This document shows, piece after piece, positions 1-12,034 of a stretch of DNA of 33,604 bases (position 1 is its first letter; every line of letters starts with the position of its first letter). The notes below the pieces were generated by a model that did not search any database, had not been told where the DNA came from, and saw only the letters and a list, made by a program, of their open reading frames with translations. Location of the stretch: contig RBNJ01000305.1 of NCBI GenBank assembly GCA_003990765.1, positions 1 to 33,604 of the forward strand, read 5' to 3'. The DNA is from Jimgerdemannia flammicorona. Its lineage: Eukaryota. The translations under genes were made by a program, and so were the position numbers.

Positions 1-3
1 AAA

Positions 4-38
<35 letters not shown>
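1..38. repeat. poly(A) run followed by (TA)n microsatellite
   Basis: A12 then about 13 TA units at the window start. Confidence 0.95.
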
Positions 39-39
<1 letters not shown>

Positions 40-93
40 TACAAACTCAAACTATTTTTACAGATATAAACTTATGATCTATAGATACAGAAC

Positions 94-401
94 TAGTACT
101 CTCAAATAAATTAAATTAAGATTAATTTGAATTGAATTAGATTTGAATTTAATTCAAATCAAATTGAGTTTTAATTTGATTTAAAATTAAGAGTCAAACT
201 TTAAAATACAATAACTCAATCAAAATATATTTAAATTTGATAATCTTTATTATATTAAATTCTCTTTAATAAGACAAATTTAACAAACTAAATTTTATCA
301 AATTTGGACAAATTTTAATTGAGTTATTGAATTTCAAAAATTAAGGTTCAAATCAAAACTCAAATTGAATTGAACCTCAATTTAATTTATTCTGAGTACT
401 A
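94..401. mobile_element. Foldback MITE, hAT-like (copy 1)
   Basis: Ends TAGTACTC...GAGTACTA with long imperfect inverted arms. Flanks tacagaac (86-93) and tatagaat (402-409) form an 8-bp TSD differing only by two C>T. No ORF. Homologous to 16280-16626. Confidence 0.8.
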
Positions 402-413
402 TATAGAATATAT

Positions 414-893
414 TATAATATAGTAGATATCTAATCTCAGAAGTATAGCAGATTTCTGTATCTTAAAACTTAATCTTATTCTGACTCTTGCAGAGTTTTT
501 GGAGTATAGAGGTGTGAGTTCAAAGTATATCTATCTGTAGACTTACTAGTTCTCTTGTTTTTTCTTTATTTTGAACTATTTTAATCTGAGGTTCATTTAC
601 TCTAGATACTGAGATATTATATAAGTTTGCTAGCTATAGAGTGACTAAGTTATAACTATGTTATATTTTCTATAAGTCACTTTTTGCAAATGTTGAATCT
701 TTTGACATCTGTCAGGATTTTGCTAATTGCAATAATTTCAACATATGTAGAATCTTAGCAATTGTTAAAGTTTCTATATTGCTGAAATAACTACTATTTA
801 TAAGACTCTACTATATTTGAAAATCAGATTCAGATATTACAATCAAATGTTTATTTCTTTGATTTATATTACTAATTCAAATCAGCTGTCATA
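414..893 (-). repeat. 3' LTR of family A copy 1
   Basis: Aligns with 3489-3936, 11078-11535 and 27509-27982; decayed TG...CA ends; adjacent to PPT. Confidence 0.85.
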
Positions 894-934
894 ACTTTCT
901 TCTGAATAGGTAATTTGTCTTTAAAACATCCTAT

Positions 935-1381
935 TCACTCAAACTCCCAAGTCTTGATTAGTTGAATCTCCTTATACTGTATAATATATATCATTATATT
1001 CTCTCAATATTATCTTCTGATATATCCAAAGTCTCCTAGAGCAACTTTTTAGAAATGAGCTAGGGCTGACTTATTCTTCTTAAATAACTTATACACTCTC
1101 TTAGTAATAATGATCTGAGTGTAAGAGAGCTGACACTCTCTAATTCAATTTTATTTTTCTATTTCTGGTTTTGAGTTTAGTAATTATTCTAACATAGAAC
1201 TTAGTCCAGTTCTATAGATCTTGAAATGTGAAATTTATGATAAGTGTATCTACATTATCTCTGAATACTATTAAAGAATTTCCTATATTGGTAACTCAAT
1301 AGAATACCACTATCTTTCTATAGCTTATTATATAGCACTAGTGATCTTGAAAACTGTGACATTATTTTGTTAATTGATCAT
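935..1381 (-). pseudogene. Accessory ORF3 of family A (decayed)
   Basis: Colinear with 28020-28481 (KITS..., ECQLS.TQI...KRV.KLF, WEFE stop) with many transition-derived stops. Confidence 0.75.
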
Positions 1382-2564
1382 GATATTTCTTAAGCTAGTT
1401 TTAATAGATGGTGGTGGGGATAATTGTATCTGAGAGTTTTAATAGCCAAAAGGTAGTTCCTTTTATATTCTATATAAAATAAGATCCTTTCTACTTAGGC
1501 TTCAGTTTTTATAACTATGAGGCTTCTACTATATTCTAATATATTAGAACTTTTTCTCTAATTTTAATAATATCTAAGGCCTTATAAATCTTTTCTACAT
1601 TATTCTATTATAGAGCCTATATCTTAGTTATATAATTCTTGGCCTTCTTTCTGATTTAGTATAGTCTCTATATCTCTATATCTCTATATTTCTATATAGT
1701 ATCTCTATTAGATAATAGGATTTCTTGAGAACTTTCTTCTCTAAATAGTATTTCTTGAGAGGCAAAATGAGTACTTTGTGATTAGATATTCTAGAGAGCA
1801 GATAATACTATTGGCAGATAGTGATCTCAGTTTTTATAATAATTACAGATCTTAGCAATGATATTCTTGAGAGTCTTATTAGTCCTTTCTACTTATCCAT
1901 TTCTCTGAAAGTGATAGGCTATAGTCTGAATATGCTAGATCCTGTACTTCTTATAGAGAATTCTAAAGAACTCATTTATAAATTCTATTCCTCTATCTAT
2001 AGTTACTTGTATTGGAGTCTTAAATTGGCAGAAGATTTCTTTATAAAAGAAATTGATAATTAACTATATATTGGCTTTCTTAAGGGGTCCTGCTTCTATC
2101 TATTTTGTAAAAAGATCTATGATGATAATGATGTATTAGTTATCAGTTAAAGTCAAAGATAGAGAACTAATTATATCTATTATAATGTATATAAAGAGTA
2201 CTGGTTCTATGTATACTAATCTTAAAATCTGATTTTGTTGATCTTGTTTCTATTTTTAATATTTATCACAGGTCTTGACAAATTGTCTGATATCTTTCTC
2301 TATTCCTAGTCACTATATTGTTCTTCTTGCTTTATTATATATATTTATTTCTCTCAGATAGTTAAGTTCATATACTGATTTCATTACTTACTCCTTCTTA
2401 TATTTGGATATAACTAGTAGCTTTCCTTTTCTCAATATTTCTCTATCAGTTTTAAATTATTTTCATGTTTTGTTGATAATTATTTATATCTATTCTTCCA
2501 GATGTTGAGATATCTTTTGCTTTCTCAAGTAGGTAATAATTCTATAGTAGAACTCCTTATTCAT
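1370..2564 (-). pseudogene. Gypsy integrase remnant
   Basis: Nucleotide-colinear with 28471-29668. Confidence 0.85.
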
Positions 2565-3370
2565 AGTTAGTTTACTGGTTGAGAGTCTCTTGAGGTATCT
2601 ATGAGAGAGTATCTATATTGGCATTGGTTCTTCTAGAGTAATATATGATGGTTACATCATAGGCTTACAACTTCATAATCTATTTAACATAGATTTCTTT
2701 AGATTATCCAGTGGTTAGTAGCTAAGTGAGGGCTGAATAATCTATCTAAATAGTGAAGTATCTTTTGATGAGATAGTAGTGGAACTTTTCTATAGCCCAG
2801 ATAACTGTGAGGTACTCTAACATATATAATTTATATTCTTTTTCAGCCTCTCAGATTCCTTAGCTGAGATATATTATAATATATTCTACTTTATCTTTTC
2901 TCTAAACTAGAACTACTTCTAATCTAACTATACTTATATCTATTTACAGGATGAATTCTTGAGTCCAATTAGGTCTTCTCAGGATAAGTGCCTGGGTCAG
3001 CCTAACTTTAAGTTCACAAATACTTTTTGTTATCTATAAGTCTACTGAAACTTGATGTCCTTATTGAGTTCATAGATTGAGTCTGTAATATTGGAAAATT
3101 CTCTAATAAATCTATGATAATATGAGGCTAGTTCTATGAAGACTTAGGCTTTAGTAACAGTGATAGATCTTAGATATACTGCTGATATAGCATTATCATC
3201 TGCTTTTGTATAGATTGTAGTAACAAATACTACTTTTACTAGGCCTCAGAGACTGAAGAATATGAGGACTACTTGCTGTCTTATTGTCAGAGTCCTTATA
3301 GCAGTATATTGCTTGAAGGTAATGATTGATTCATCTGAAGTATATTTATAGAATACTGGCAGTCTCATAT
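2557..3370 (-). pseudogene. gag 5' fragment fused by deletion to RT C-terminus and RNase H
   Basis: 2557-~3185 matches 29661-30290; ~3186-3370 matches the gag start (33450-33604 and 23254 onward). Confidence 0.8.
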
Positions 3371-3488
3371 CTATTTTATTTAGATATCTTGATTCAATTT
3401 GTATAGTTGTTCTTTGAGTAGCAATTGTTCATTATTTAGCTTAAAAGTGAGGAATTCATCTTGAATTACTAGCTAATAGATACCAAAT

Positions 3489-3936
3489 TATAATATAATC
3501 TCAAAAGTATGATAGATTTCTATATCTTGAAACTTAATCTTGTTCTGACTTTTACAGAGTTCTCAGAGTATATGGATGTGAGTTTGAAGTATATCTGTCT
3601 GTAGACTTATTAGTTCTTTTGCTTTCTCTTTGCTTTAAACTATTTCAATCTGAGGTTTATTCACTCTAAATACTGAAATATTTATATAAGTTTACTAGCT
3701 ATAGAGTGACTAAGTTATGACTATGTTATATTTTCTATAAGTTACATTTTAAAAATATTAAATCTTTTGATATCTGTCAGAATTTTGATAATAGTAAAGA
3801 TTTTAACATCTGTAGAATCTTAATAATAGTTAAAGTTTTTATATTCCTGAAATAACTGTTATTTGTAAGACTATACTATATTTGAAAATTAGATTCAGAT
3901 ACTATGATCAAATGTTTATTTTTCTAATTTATATTA
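3489..3936 (-). repeat. 5' LTR of family A copy 1 (outer end eroded)
   Basis: Direct repeat of 414-871; followed on the minus strand by atttggtatctattagctag, a decayed version of the PBS at 23137. Confidence 0.85.
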
Positions 3937-4008
3937 AATAATAAATAATTTCTCTTTATAAATACTTACTCTCTATAAATATTTCTCTTCTACTCTATAG
4001 TCTACGTA

Positions 4009-4125
4009 CTAATCTGCTTATGAATCTGCTTACTAATTTATCTACTAATCTATCTACTAATCTGCTCATTAATCTGTACATTAACCTACTTATCAACCTG
4101 TCTATCAATCTGTCTACCAATCTGT
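4009..4125. repeat. Degenerate 12-bp minisatellite (about 10 units, consensus near AATCTGTCTAYY)
   Basis: aatctgcttatg, aatctgcttact, aatttatctact, aatctatctact, aatctgctcatt ... aatctgtctacc. Confidence 0.8.
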
Positions 4126-4644
4126 AGAATTAGATCACTTCTGTTTAATATAAGAGAAATATTTAAAATTTCAACAATTTTATCATTATTATCTAATTCA
4201 ATATTTATCTATAGTTTGCAAACTAATTTATCAATCTTCAAAGAGTTAATATATTCTTAAAATTTATTAATTATACTAAGCTATTTTATATAAATCTTTT
4301 TATACTTTTTTTTATTGAATTTTTTTTTTTTACAAAACTTCTAATTAAGTGATAAATTCAAGTTATAATTATATAATATAAGTAAATATATATTAAATAA
4401 TTTTATATTATTAAGTATAGTAATTTATATATTAGTTATATTGAAATATATTTTATATACTAAGATTTTTTTTTAAAGAATACAAAATAGAGAGATTACT
4501 TTATATATATAATTACTGTAAAATATCTTATTGAGCTCACTATTCTCATCTTTTAGATAGATAAAATTGGTTTGAATTTATAAATATTCAATATTCTGAT
4601 AAATATATAAAGATCTTTTAAAGTAATTGATTCTTATTAGTTAA

Positions 4645-5130
4645 TATAATAAAACTATATACTGATATAATTAATATATTACAGATAATTAAGATAACTA
4701 TTAGCCCTAAATTCTGAGTCTTTGTAAGAAAGCACTGAGTTCCAATTGTCTATTACAGTAGTATAGTCTAAGTATTGCTTTTAGGTTCTTATATTAATAA
4801 AAATGCCATACTTGTATCTTAAGTTGATCAGACTCAGAATTATTAATAAGTTAGATCTGAGAGTTCTATAATAAGAATACTAATTTATTCTTACATTTGA
4901 AAAAAGTAGAGCTGAGGTTACAATATACTCAGTATAGAGAATATTTATATAAGTTTAGAGCTATAACTAAATATAGTATAGTAGATATATTTATATATAG
5001 TTATACTATATATATTTAGTATCTATAACTATTAGTTGAAAATTTTATAGAAATTTTTATCAGAATTTCCATCAGAATTTCCATCAGAAATTATAGTAGC
5101 TTATAGATATATATATAATAATTTATTATA
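4645..5130 (-). repeat. 3' LTR of element B
   Basis: Direct repeat of 20701-21150; internal 12-bp tandem (cagaatttccat). Confidence 0.9.
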
Positions 5131-5375
5131 TCTATCTTTTCTTTATCTAAACCTACTTATTAGATTTAGTACTAAACTCTAGATATGTATCAAACTAAAG
5201 GACAGTATACTAAACTACTTAAAAGACAATATTACTCAATCATATATTTTTCTAGTAATATTTGGGTTATATAAACTTCTAGCAATACTCAAGATATTGT
5301 TTTTAAAGAATAGATACTAGTAACATAATAACTGATAAGTATTCTGAAGTATATATTAGGCAGGGCAGCCCTAAC

Positions 5376-7250
5376 GTGTTTGACTGGCAGTATGTGGAGA
5401 AGAGTCATAGCTTGGGAGAAAGCATGCAGAACTTACTAGCTGGAGGATATAGAAGGGGAGGAGGCAGTGCTGAGGGACAGAGGACTGGGAGGATGAGCTT
5501 TGTAGATAAAGTGAAAGAGGGTTATCCAATGACTAGACTAGAGAACTGGCTGAGGAAGAGTAAGGAGACAGTGAGGGCTATAGGGTCTGGTAGAGCAGTC
5601 TATAGTAGTGAGAGCAGCAGAGCTGGAGAAGTAGTGGCTGAGGGGAGTGAGACTACTGATGGTAAGGGAACTACTAATCTGGAAAAAAATCCAGATATGA
5701 CAGTTGATGATAGATCTGAACAGAGAGTGGGCACAAGGCCTGGAGATCTGGCAGATGGTGTGACAGGCATGATAGTGGTACTATTACTCAAGAAATTGAG
5801 ATCAGAATTCACTATCACATTATTTCCAAAGCTTAGTAGTGATAACAAGGATGATTCTGAGGCTTCTGGCCCAAGAGATAAAGGGAGCAGTATCAGTGAA
5901 GTTTTTGAAGAGTCTGGAAGGAGTGGAGGTAGGCTTTAAGAAGGAGAATATACTGTTGAAAGTAATGGAGAAGAGAGTGATAGTGTGGGGAGGTGGTGAT
6001 TTCTATGACCCAGTACTTATACTGAGATCCCCAAGTAGTATAGCTGACAGTACTGATTGTTTTTATAGTGTTGAAGGAAATGGCCAGAAGGTTGATTGTA
6101 GAGGTTATCAAGAAGTATAGAGATATCATGGATATTGGATTTCAGGTCTGAGAAGGCACAGAATTCAGAACAAGAGATATAGACATCAGGGTGCAGCTGA
6201 TAGGCAAAGAGAATAGAGAAGATGAGAGACTAACTGGTAGTTCTCAAATAGAGATCTGTGGAGTGTAAGGTCTCAAGAGTGAAGAGATGCTGGGGAGAAG
6301 AGGACTTGCTAGAGACATTGGAGAATCTGGCTGGAGCTATGGAGAGGAGGAGATTGGCCTAGAAGAAGTTTGAGGTCAAGATAATTGTAGAGATTATGAA
6401 TGGCAAGAAGGTATAGCTGGATCAGACAGCCTGAGAGAGGGTGCAGAGGAGGTATATTTAGAAGAATCTATTGGCTAAGTTAGAGAGAGAGAGTAGCCAG
6501 GGGGACTACCACTGAAGAAGTTGGATTGAGGATGAGTATCTAGACAGGAGAGAAGAGAGCAGCATCAGAGAGAACTCTAGGAGAGGGAGAAGACACAGGG
6601 CTGAGTGTCATTGTGGAGGATGCAGAGATGGCAGAGAGAGAGTGCCCTCAGTATGGAGTATCAGGTAGAGCTAGAGGAGATGATGAATTGCAGAATGTAC
6701 TGGAGGAGGATTGGAATAAGTCAGCAAGAAGGAATGCAGAGGGTGGGCAGGTAGAAGGGGAGAAGAGGGTGGACCAGAGAGTGGCAGAGGCTGAGGTCAA
6801 GGAGAAATAGCTATAGAAAACACTTGAGAATGTGTAGCTGAGGAGCTAGGGAGAGAGAACTTCTGAGTACTAAGTGAGAGATACTGGGGTAAAATTCTAT
6901 ATAGTGAGGAGGTGCCACAAAAACTCTGGGATGAGATAATGGTGACATTGCTAGAGGCCAAGGCATATCAGGTAGATAATGATAGAGAGGTGGTACTTCT
7001 GGCAATTGCAAATGATAAAGCTACATATATGTATATGAGGTCTAAGAAAAGAGTTGACAAAGTAGCAGATGGTGTGTGAGGAGTACTGAATGGAGATAGA
7101 GGCTATGGATAGTGTGGATTGGCAGGAGATCTTGGAGGTATTGGAGGCTCAGCAGAGAGAGACAGATGAACTGGAGGCAGAGAGGAACCTAGATATTGCT
7201 GGTGATGCAGCAAGTATGGAATTATAGAGTAGACAGATATACTTCAAATA
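5376..7250 (+). pseudogene. LINE ORF1 remnant (boundaries approximate)
   Basis: Fragmented purine-rich ORFs between the TSD and ORF2; assigned by position only. Confidence 0.55.
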
Positions 7251-7262
7251 ATATTATTCAAT

Positions 7263-10200
7263 ATGAACAATATAACTAGAATCTTATCTTTGAATATGAG
7301 AAGCAGTGAGATATTGAAATATCTTTGGATAGCTGAAGGAGATAGAAGCAGATTTGTTTCTACTACAGAATATTAGATATAATAGGGACTTAGATATTCT
7401 GGACTAGATAAAGGAATGGGGTGATATGACTGTTTGGTAAGAATGTGTAGACATTCTGGTTAGGAAGAGAAAGGGGGATATTGGAGACATTGGACATTGA
7501 GGGAGTAGAGTAGTGTGGGGAGTTTGGAAGAGACCAGGCTAGAGACCCTTAATGGTTGGGTTATGTTATTGTCCAGTGGAAAGGGGAGAGAGAGTGGAAT
7601 GAATTCAAGGGCTACAAGAGTCTGAAGTATTGGTGGAGGTAGGAATTGATTGTCTAGAGGAGAACTTTAATATAATATATAATAGAAAGATAGACAGAAC
7701 TGATGTTAGAAGGGGAATAGTAGATAGAAGTAGTGGTATAAAAGTCTGGGAGGAAGTTGAATGTCTGAGCTCTTTGGTGGATGCTGGGAGGCTTGGATAG
7801 GGGAATCATAAGGTCTTTACCCACTGGGTAGTGGGGCTGGGCTCAAGGATTAACTGGATGTTGACTGCTGATTACTAAAGAGTTGATATCTGGAGAACTT
7901 TGGAAACTGTTTAGTGTCTGTGGTCAGATCACTGGGGTCTTCTAGGAGAGGGGTGTTTTGGGAGAAGTAGAGAGGGGTCTGGACATTGGTGACTGAATAT
8001 CTCTTTACTAGGGGAGGCCTCTTTATAAGAGGCATAGGTGGTAGATATTAGCTCTAGGATTCTTGGTTAGAGAGAAGAGGGGCTGGGAATTAGAGATCAC
8101 TAGATATGATTGAAATCTGAGATGCAATGGTACTGGGGAGAGGTAGGAAGGATGTAGAGTACTCAGAAGAAGAAGTGAGTGAGGTGGGCCTCTCAGAGGT
8201 TGGCAAGGTTGTTGGCAACTTAGGCAGATCTGTTAAATGATAGTGAGAAAGGAGATTGGTAAATACAGTGGATTAGGCTAGAGATGGAGGAGCTGAAGAG
8301 TATACTGAGGCAAGAGGAGGATCTACAGATTAAGGGCATAGTGACCTGGCTATGGTGGCAGAGATTGGAGGAGAGAGAAAGGCCTATCAAGTTTTTGTCA
8401 TAGCTTCTATAGGTGAGGAGAGTATAGCAGTAGTGAGAGGGGGTTTTGGATGAGGCTGGAGAGTTGGTTGTTGGGATACTGGAGATTCTGGACCAGTTGA
8501 GCAGATGGTGGGGACATTTGTAGAGTGAGGAGGATAGAGGGGTGGGGGTGCTGGACATTGATAGGTACCTAGAGGAATGGCACTCTGATCTGACAGCAGG
8601 CTTAGATGATCTTGGTGCTACTGTCTAAGAAGAAGAGATTTAGCAGGTTCTGATGATGGTGAGCTCTGAGACAACACCAGGGGAGGATAGCTTACAGTGG
8701 AATTTTTGGAAGAAGATAGCAGAAGTCAAGTTGATTCTGAAGAAAATGATAGCAATGTGTGATGAAGTAATTGGCTCAGAGACATGGATTGGGGGGCAGA
8801 GCTTGGGTCTTATGGCTCTGCTGTTTAAGAATAAGGAGAGAAGGGAGGAGTGGAAGAACTGGAGGCCAATCATGCTTCTGGATATGGATTGCAAACTAGT
8901 TATAAAGGTATTGGTAGCTAGGCTGCAAGAGGTGGCTCAACAAGTTCTGGAGACTGAGCAGCAAGGATTTGTGAATGGACAGCTGGTTTTCTTCGACCAA
9001 GAGAAGGCCTATGACAGAGTCTGGTGAATGTGGTTGAAAAGAGTACTAAAGTACATTAGAGTTCTCCCTGGGGTCCAGTGGGTCTTGGTCAGTCTGCTAA
9101 AAGAGAGTTGGGCAGCAATCATAGTAAATGGGCATAGAGGGGTTTTATTTCCTCTGAGCAGAGGAGTGCTGCAGGGGGATCCACTGTTATCTATTCTATA
9201 TGCACTATCCCTGGAGCCTCTTTTGGATAGGATATGGCAAAAGGTGGGAGGGTTGGGTATTATGAGGGTTAATTGGAAGGTGGGGGTCTTTGTCAATGAT
9301 ATAGTGGTCAGGCTGGGATTAGCTGAGGATGTTGCAGCACTGAAAGATACAGTAAAGTAGTATAAGGGTACTTGGGTGCTAAGCTCAACTGATATAAGTA
9401 TGAGACTTTGATGTTGAGAGGAGGGATAGTAAGTGAGAATGTGATTGGAATAATTGTCTCTACAGGAAAGGCTGTTCACTATCTGGGGATTTACTTTTTG
9501 ATATATAGCTCTTTGCTACTATGTAAATAGTGAGAGCAGTGGTTGGCAGAGTGGGGAAGCACTCTCTTGGAGTAGAGTGGTTGCTATGTATCTCTGGCAG
9601 AAAGAGTAATAGTATTGAATATATACTAGTTGTCTAAGCTGTAGTATCTGGAGTACCACTTAAACTTTCTAGTATAGATGATCAAGTGATTGTTGAGAAT
9701 GGCCAGAACCTGGATATAGGTAGGGTGATGGAGTCAGATTGGTTGAGAGATATTGATCTGGTCAGTGGATTAGAGAGGTCTGGGTCTGGTGGATTTTCCC
9801 AAGTGTCTTCACTGCTTGAGGGTGGCTGAAGTGAGTGAGTAAGTTGAGGGACAGAGAGTGGGTTCCCCTCATATAGAGGGTATGGGAGGTCTGGTTCTCT
9901 CTCTATGGTATAACTGGGGATCTTCTATCTCTGGTAGCTTTGGAGGAGAGTTAGAGAATATATTATGATGAGGGGTGGTTGATGGGGTATACCATATTGG
10001 TCTCCAATAGAGGAGTGATGAGAGGGAGGAAGAATGGAGACCTCAGATGTAGAGGTGGGACTTCCTTCTGTTGGGTAGAGCACTAGTAGATAACTTCTAC
10101 TTAGAGGATAGCATAGAGTACCTTTGGAAACATGGGAGAGATCTGTAGCCTGAGGTATGACAGGGGGTAGAGATTGAAGAGAAGTGGGACTGGAACAGTA

Positions 10201-10822
10201 TTTGGCTGTATGGCAAGCAGGTAGTGACATAGCTCCCCCCTAAGTTTTGGGTGGTATGGTGGAGAATTCTACAGTATAATATAATATTGAACTACTGGAC
10301 AGATCACTTGGTAGAAGGAGGTACTCAGAAGTATGAAGAGTGTCTGAATGTTAGACAGGAGAAAGAAGTAGTACAGACTCCTGAACATTGGCTAGGGGAG
10401 TGTAAGGTAATGGGTGACTTTTGGAGAGAGATTGAGGTATGGTTGAGAGTATATCTATCAGGATTGGTGACAGGAGGGAGGTGGGGTGACCTCCAGAGGA
10501 GTTTGGTGGGGGGGTTGAGAGATAAGTAGTTGATATTAGAATAGGTACTGGCAATTTGGGTCAGGCTTATAGGATATTAGCTATATATATTTGAGGAGAG
10601 TCAATGGTTAATGTTGGGGGTGAGAGTGGTTAGATAGAAGTAGCTGATAACAGATATATTGAATAGATAGTAGAGGGGTGGGGGTACTAGTGGAGAATAT
10701 TAGAGATGATTGGTGAAGACAATCTGTAAGAAGAGTGGGGGGAGGATTAGAGTAGCAGGAGGGTTGGTGGTGTTTCAGAAGAATGATATAGAAGAGAGAG
10801 AGTTTCTAAGTGGGATTGGGTG
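7263..10822 (+). pseudogene. LINE ORF2: APE endonuclease + reverse transcriptase + C-terminal Cys/His motif
   Basis: MNNITRILSLNMRS start, DLFLLQ, decayed GDFN (~7660), SRI(D)W, SDH (7924), KNWRPIMLL, DQEKAYDRV, GVLQGDPL, decayed FADD (FVND), EEC...PEHWLGEC. Confidence 0.9.
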
Positions 10823-10953
10823 AGGAGCTCATTTGTATTAGTATATTATAGATAGTTTAGTAATAAAGTGGAAGTTCTTGTAACTATAAAAATAAATAAA
10901 AAAGACAATATTACTCTATTATTTATCACTCAAGTTGGCAATGTTCTCAGGGG

Positions 10954-11077
10954 TGTAATAAATTATTACATACTACCTATAAGCTACTGAAATTTCTGAC
11001 AGAAATTTCCTACAGAAATTTTTACAGAATTTCTGACTAATAGTCATAGTTATTCAAAATAGTATAAACATATATAG
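10954..11077 (+). repeat. 5' part of a B-like LTR, interrupted by family A copy 2
   Basis: tgtaataaattatta... is similar to the reverse complement of ~21020-21150. Confidence 0.75.
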
Positions 11078-11535
11078 TGTAATATAGCAGAACTTAACCT
11101 TGGAAGTATGTTGGGTTTCTGTATCTTGAAAACTTGATCTTCTTTGACTTTGCAGAGTCCTCAGGATATAGGGGTGGATGAGTTTGAAGTATATCTGCCT
11201 GCAGGCTTTACTAGTTTCTTTGCTTTCTCTTTACTTTGAACTATTTTGATCTGAGATTTATTCACTCTAAGATACTGGGGATATTTATACAAGTTTGTGC
11301 ACTGATTCTGCTACTAAATATGTGACTAAGTTATGAGTCATTTCAAAAGTATCAAAATATTTTAATATTGTTAAAATTCTATACTATATCAGGTCTTCAA
11401 TTTTGAATCTTTTGAAATATTTAGAAATTGTTGAAATCAAGGACTACTAACTATAAGGCTATGCTAATTTGGGACTAGTGGTAATTAAGTGTCTATTCCC
11501 TATTTCCTTCTTCTAAATTTAGTTCTACTATCACA
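11078..11535 (-). repeat. 3' LTR of family A copy 2
   Basis: TGTAAT...ATCACA ends; PPT complement acttcctcctga follows. Confidence 0.9.
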
Positions 11536-11572
11536 ACTTCCTCCTGAATAGATGGTCTTATCCCTAAAACAT

Positions 11573-12034
11573 CTATTCAAATTCCCAGGCCTTGACAGTC
11601 TATATGGTCTTATACTGTGTGATCTGTTGTATCACTGTCTCCCAATAGTTTTGCCTTACTAACTTAAAATCAGTAGGAGTTATTTCTCACAAGTGGGCTA
11701 GTACTAGTTCATCATCTTGAAATAACTTATGAATTCTTTTGGTGATGGTGATTTGTGAGTAGGAGAGCTAACACTCTGTGATACAATCATCCTTGGTCAT
11801 TTCTGAGCTCTGGTTGAGTATCTGTCTATATTTGAAGTACTCTTGGAACTCTGTCCAATAATAGTAGACCTTGAAGTGCAAAATTTAAAAGAGATGGATC
11901 TGTATGATACTTTGGATACTATCATAAGATTCTTCTATAGTCAGGGGTTCTGTGGTATTCCATTATCTCTTGATAGCTCTTTGGGCAGTACTAGTGATCT
12001 TGAGTGCTGTTGCTGTATATCAGTTATTAGCTAT
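11573..12034 (-). pseudogene. Accessory ORF3 of family A (decayed, frame intact)
   Basis: 462 nt, same length as 28020-28481, with no indels seen; ATG decayed to ATA. Confidence 0.8.

Larger units (their letters stand above)
414..3936 (-). mobile_element. Ty3/Gypsy LTR retrotransposon, family A copy 1; two LTRs, internally deleted, heavily mutated
   Basis: Direct repeats 414-893 and 3489-~3936, PBS-like sequence just left of 3489, PPT at 894-905. Interior is colinear with 27983-30290 and 33450-33604. Confidence 0.9.
5238..10899 (+). mobile_element. Full-length non-LTR retrotransposon (L1/Tx1-like LINE), pseudogenised
   Basis: Perfect 17-bp TSD aaaagacaatattactc (5221-5237, 10900-10916) at a TT|AAAA site; AATAAA at 10862 and A-rich tail; endonuclease, RT and C-terminal Cys/His motifs. 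Confidence 0.92.

Noticed and set aside
1821..2063. Recurrent plus-strand ORFs (1821, 12474, 28925; also 13568/30132 and 15596/32053) as a conserved antisense gene family
   Set aside because: They are antisense shadows of integrase, RT and protease codons and recur only because the element is repeated
4200..4640. Very AT-rich spacer as a gene or centromeric element
   Set aside because: No supportable ORF, repeat unit or motif
4645..5130. Solo LTR
   Set aside because: Its flanks do not match each other; a PPT lies on the inner side and the TSD pairs with 21151-21155
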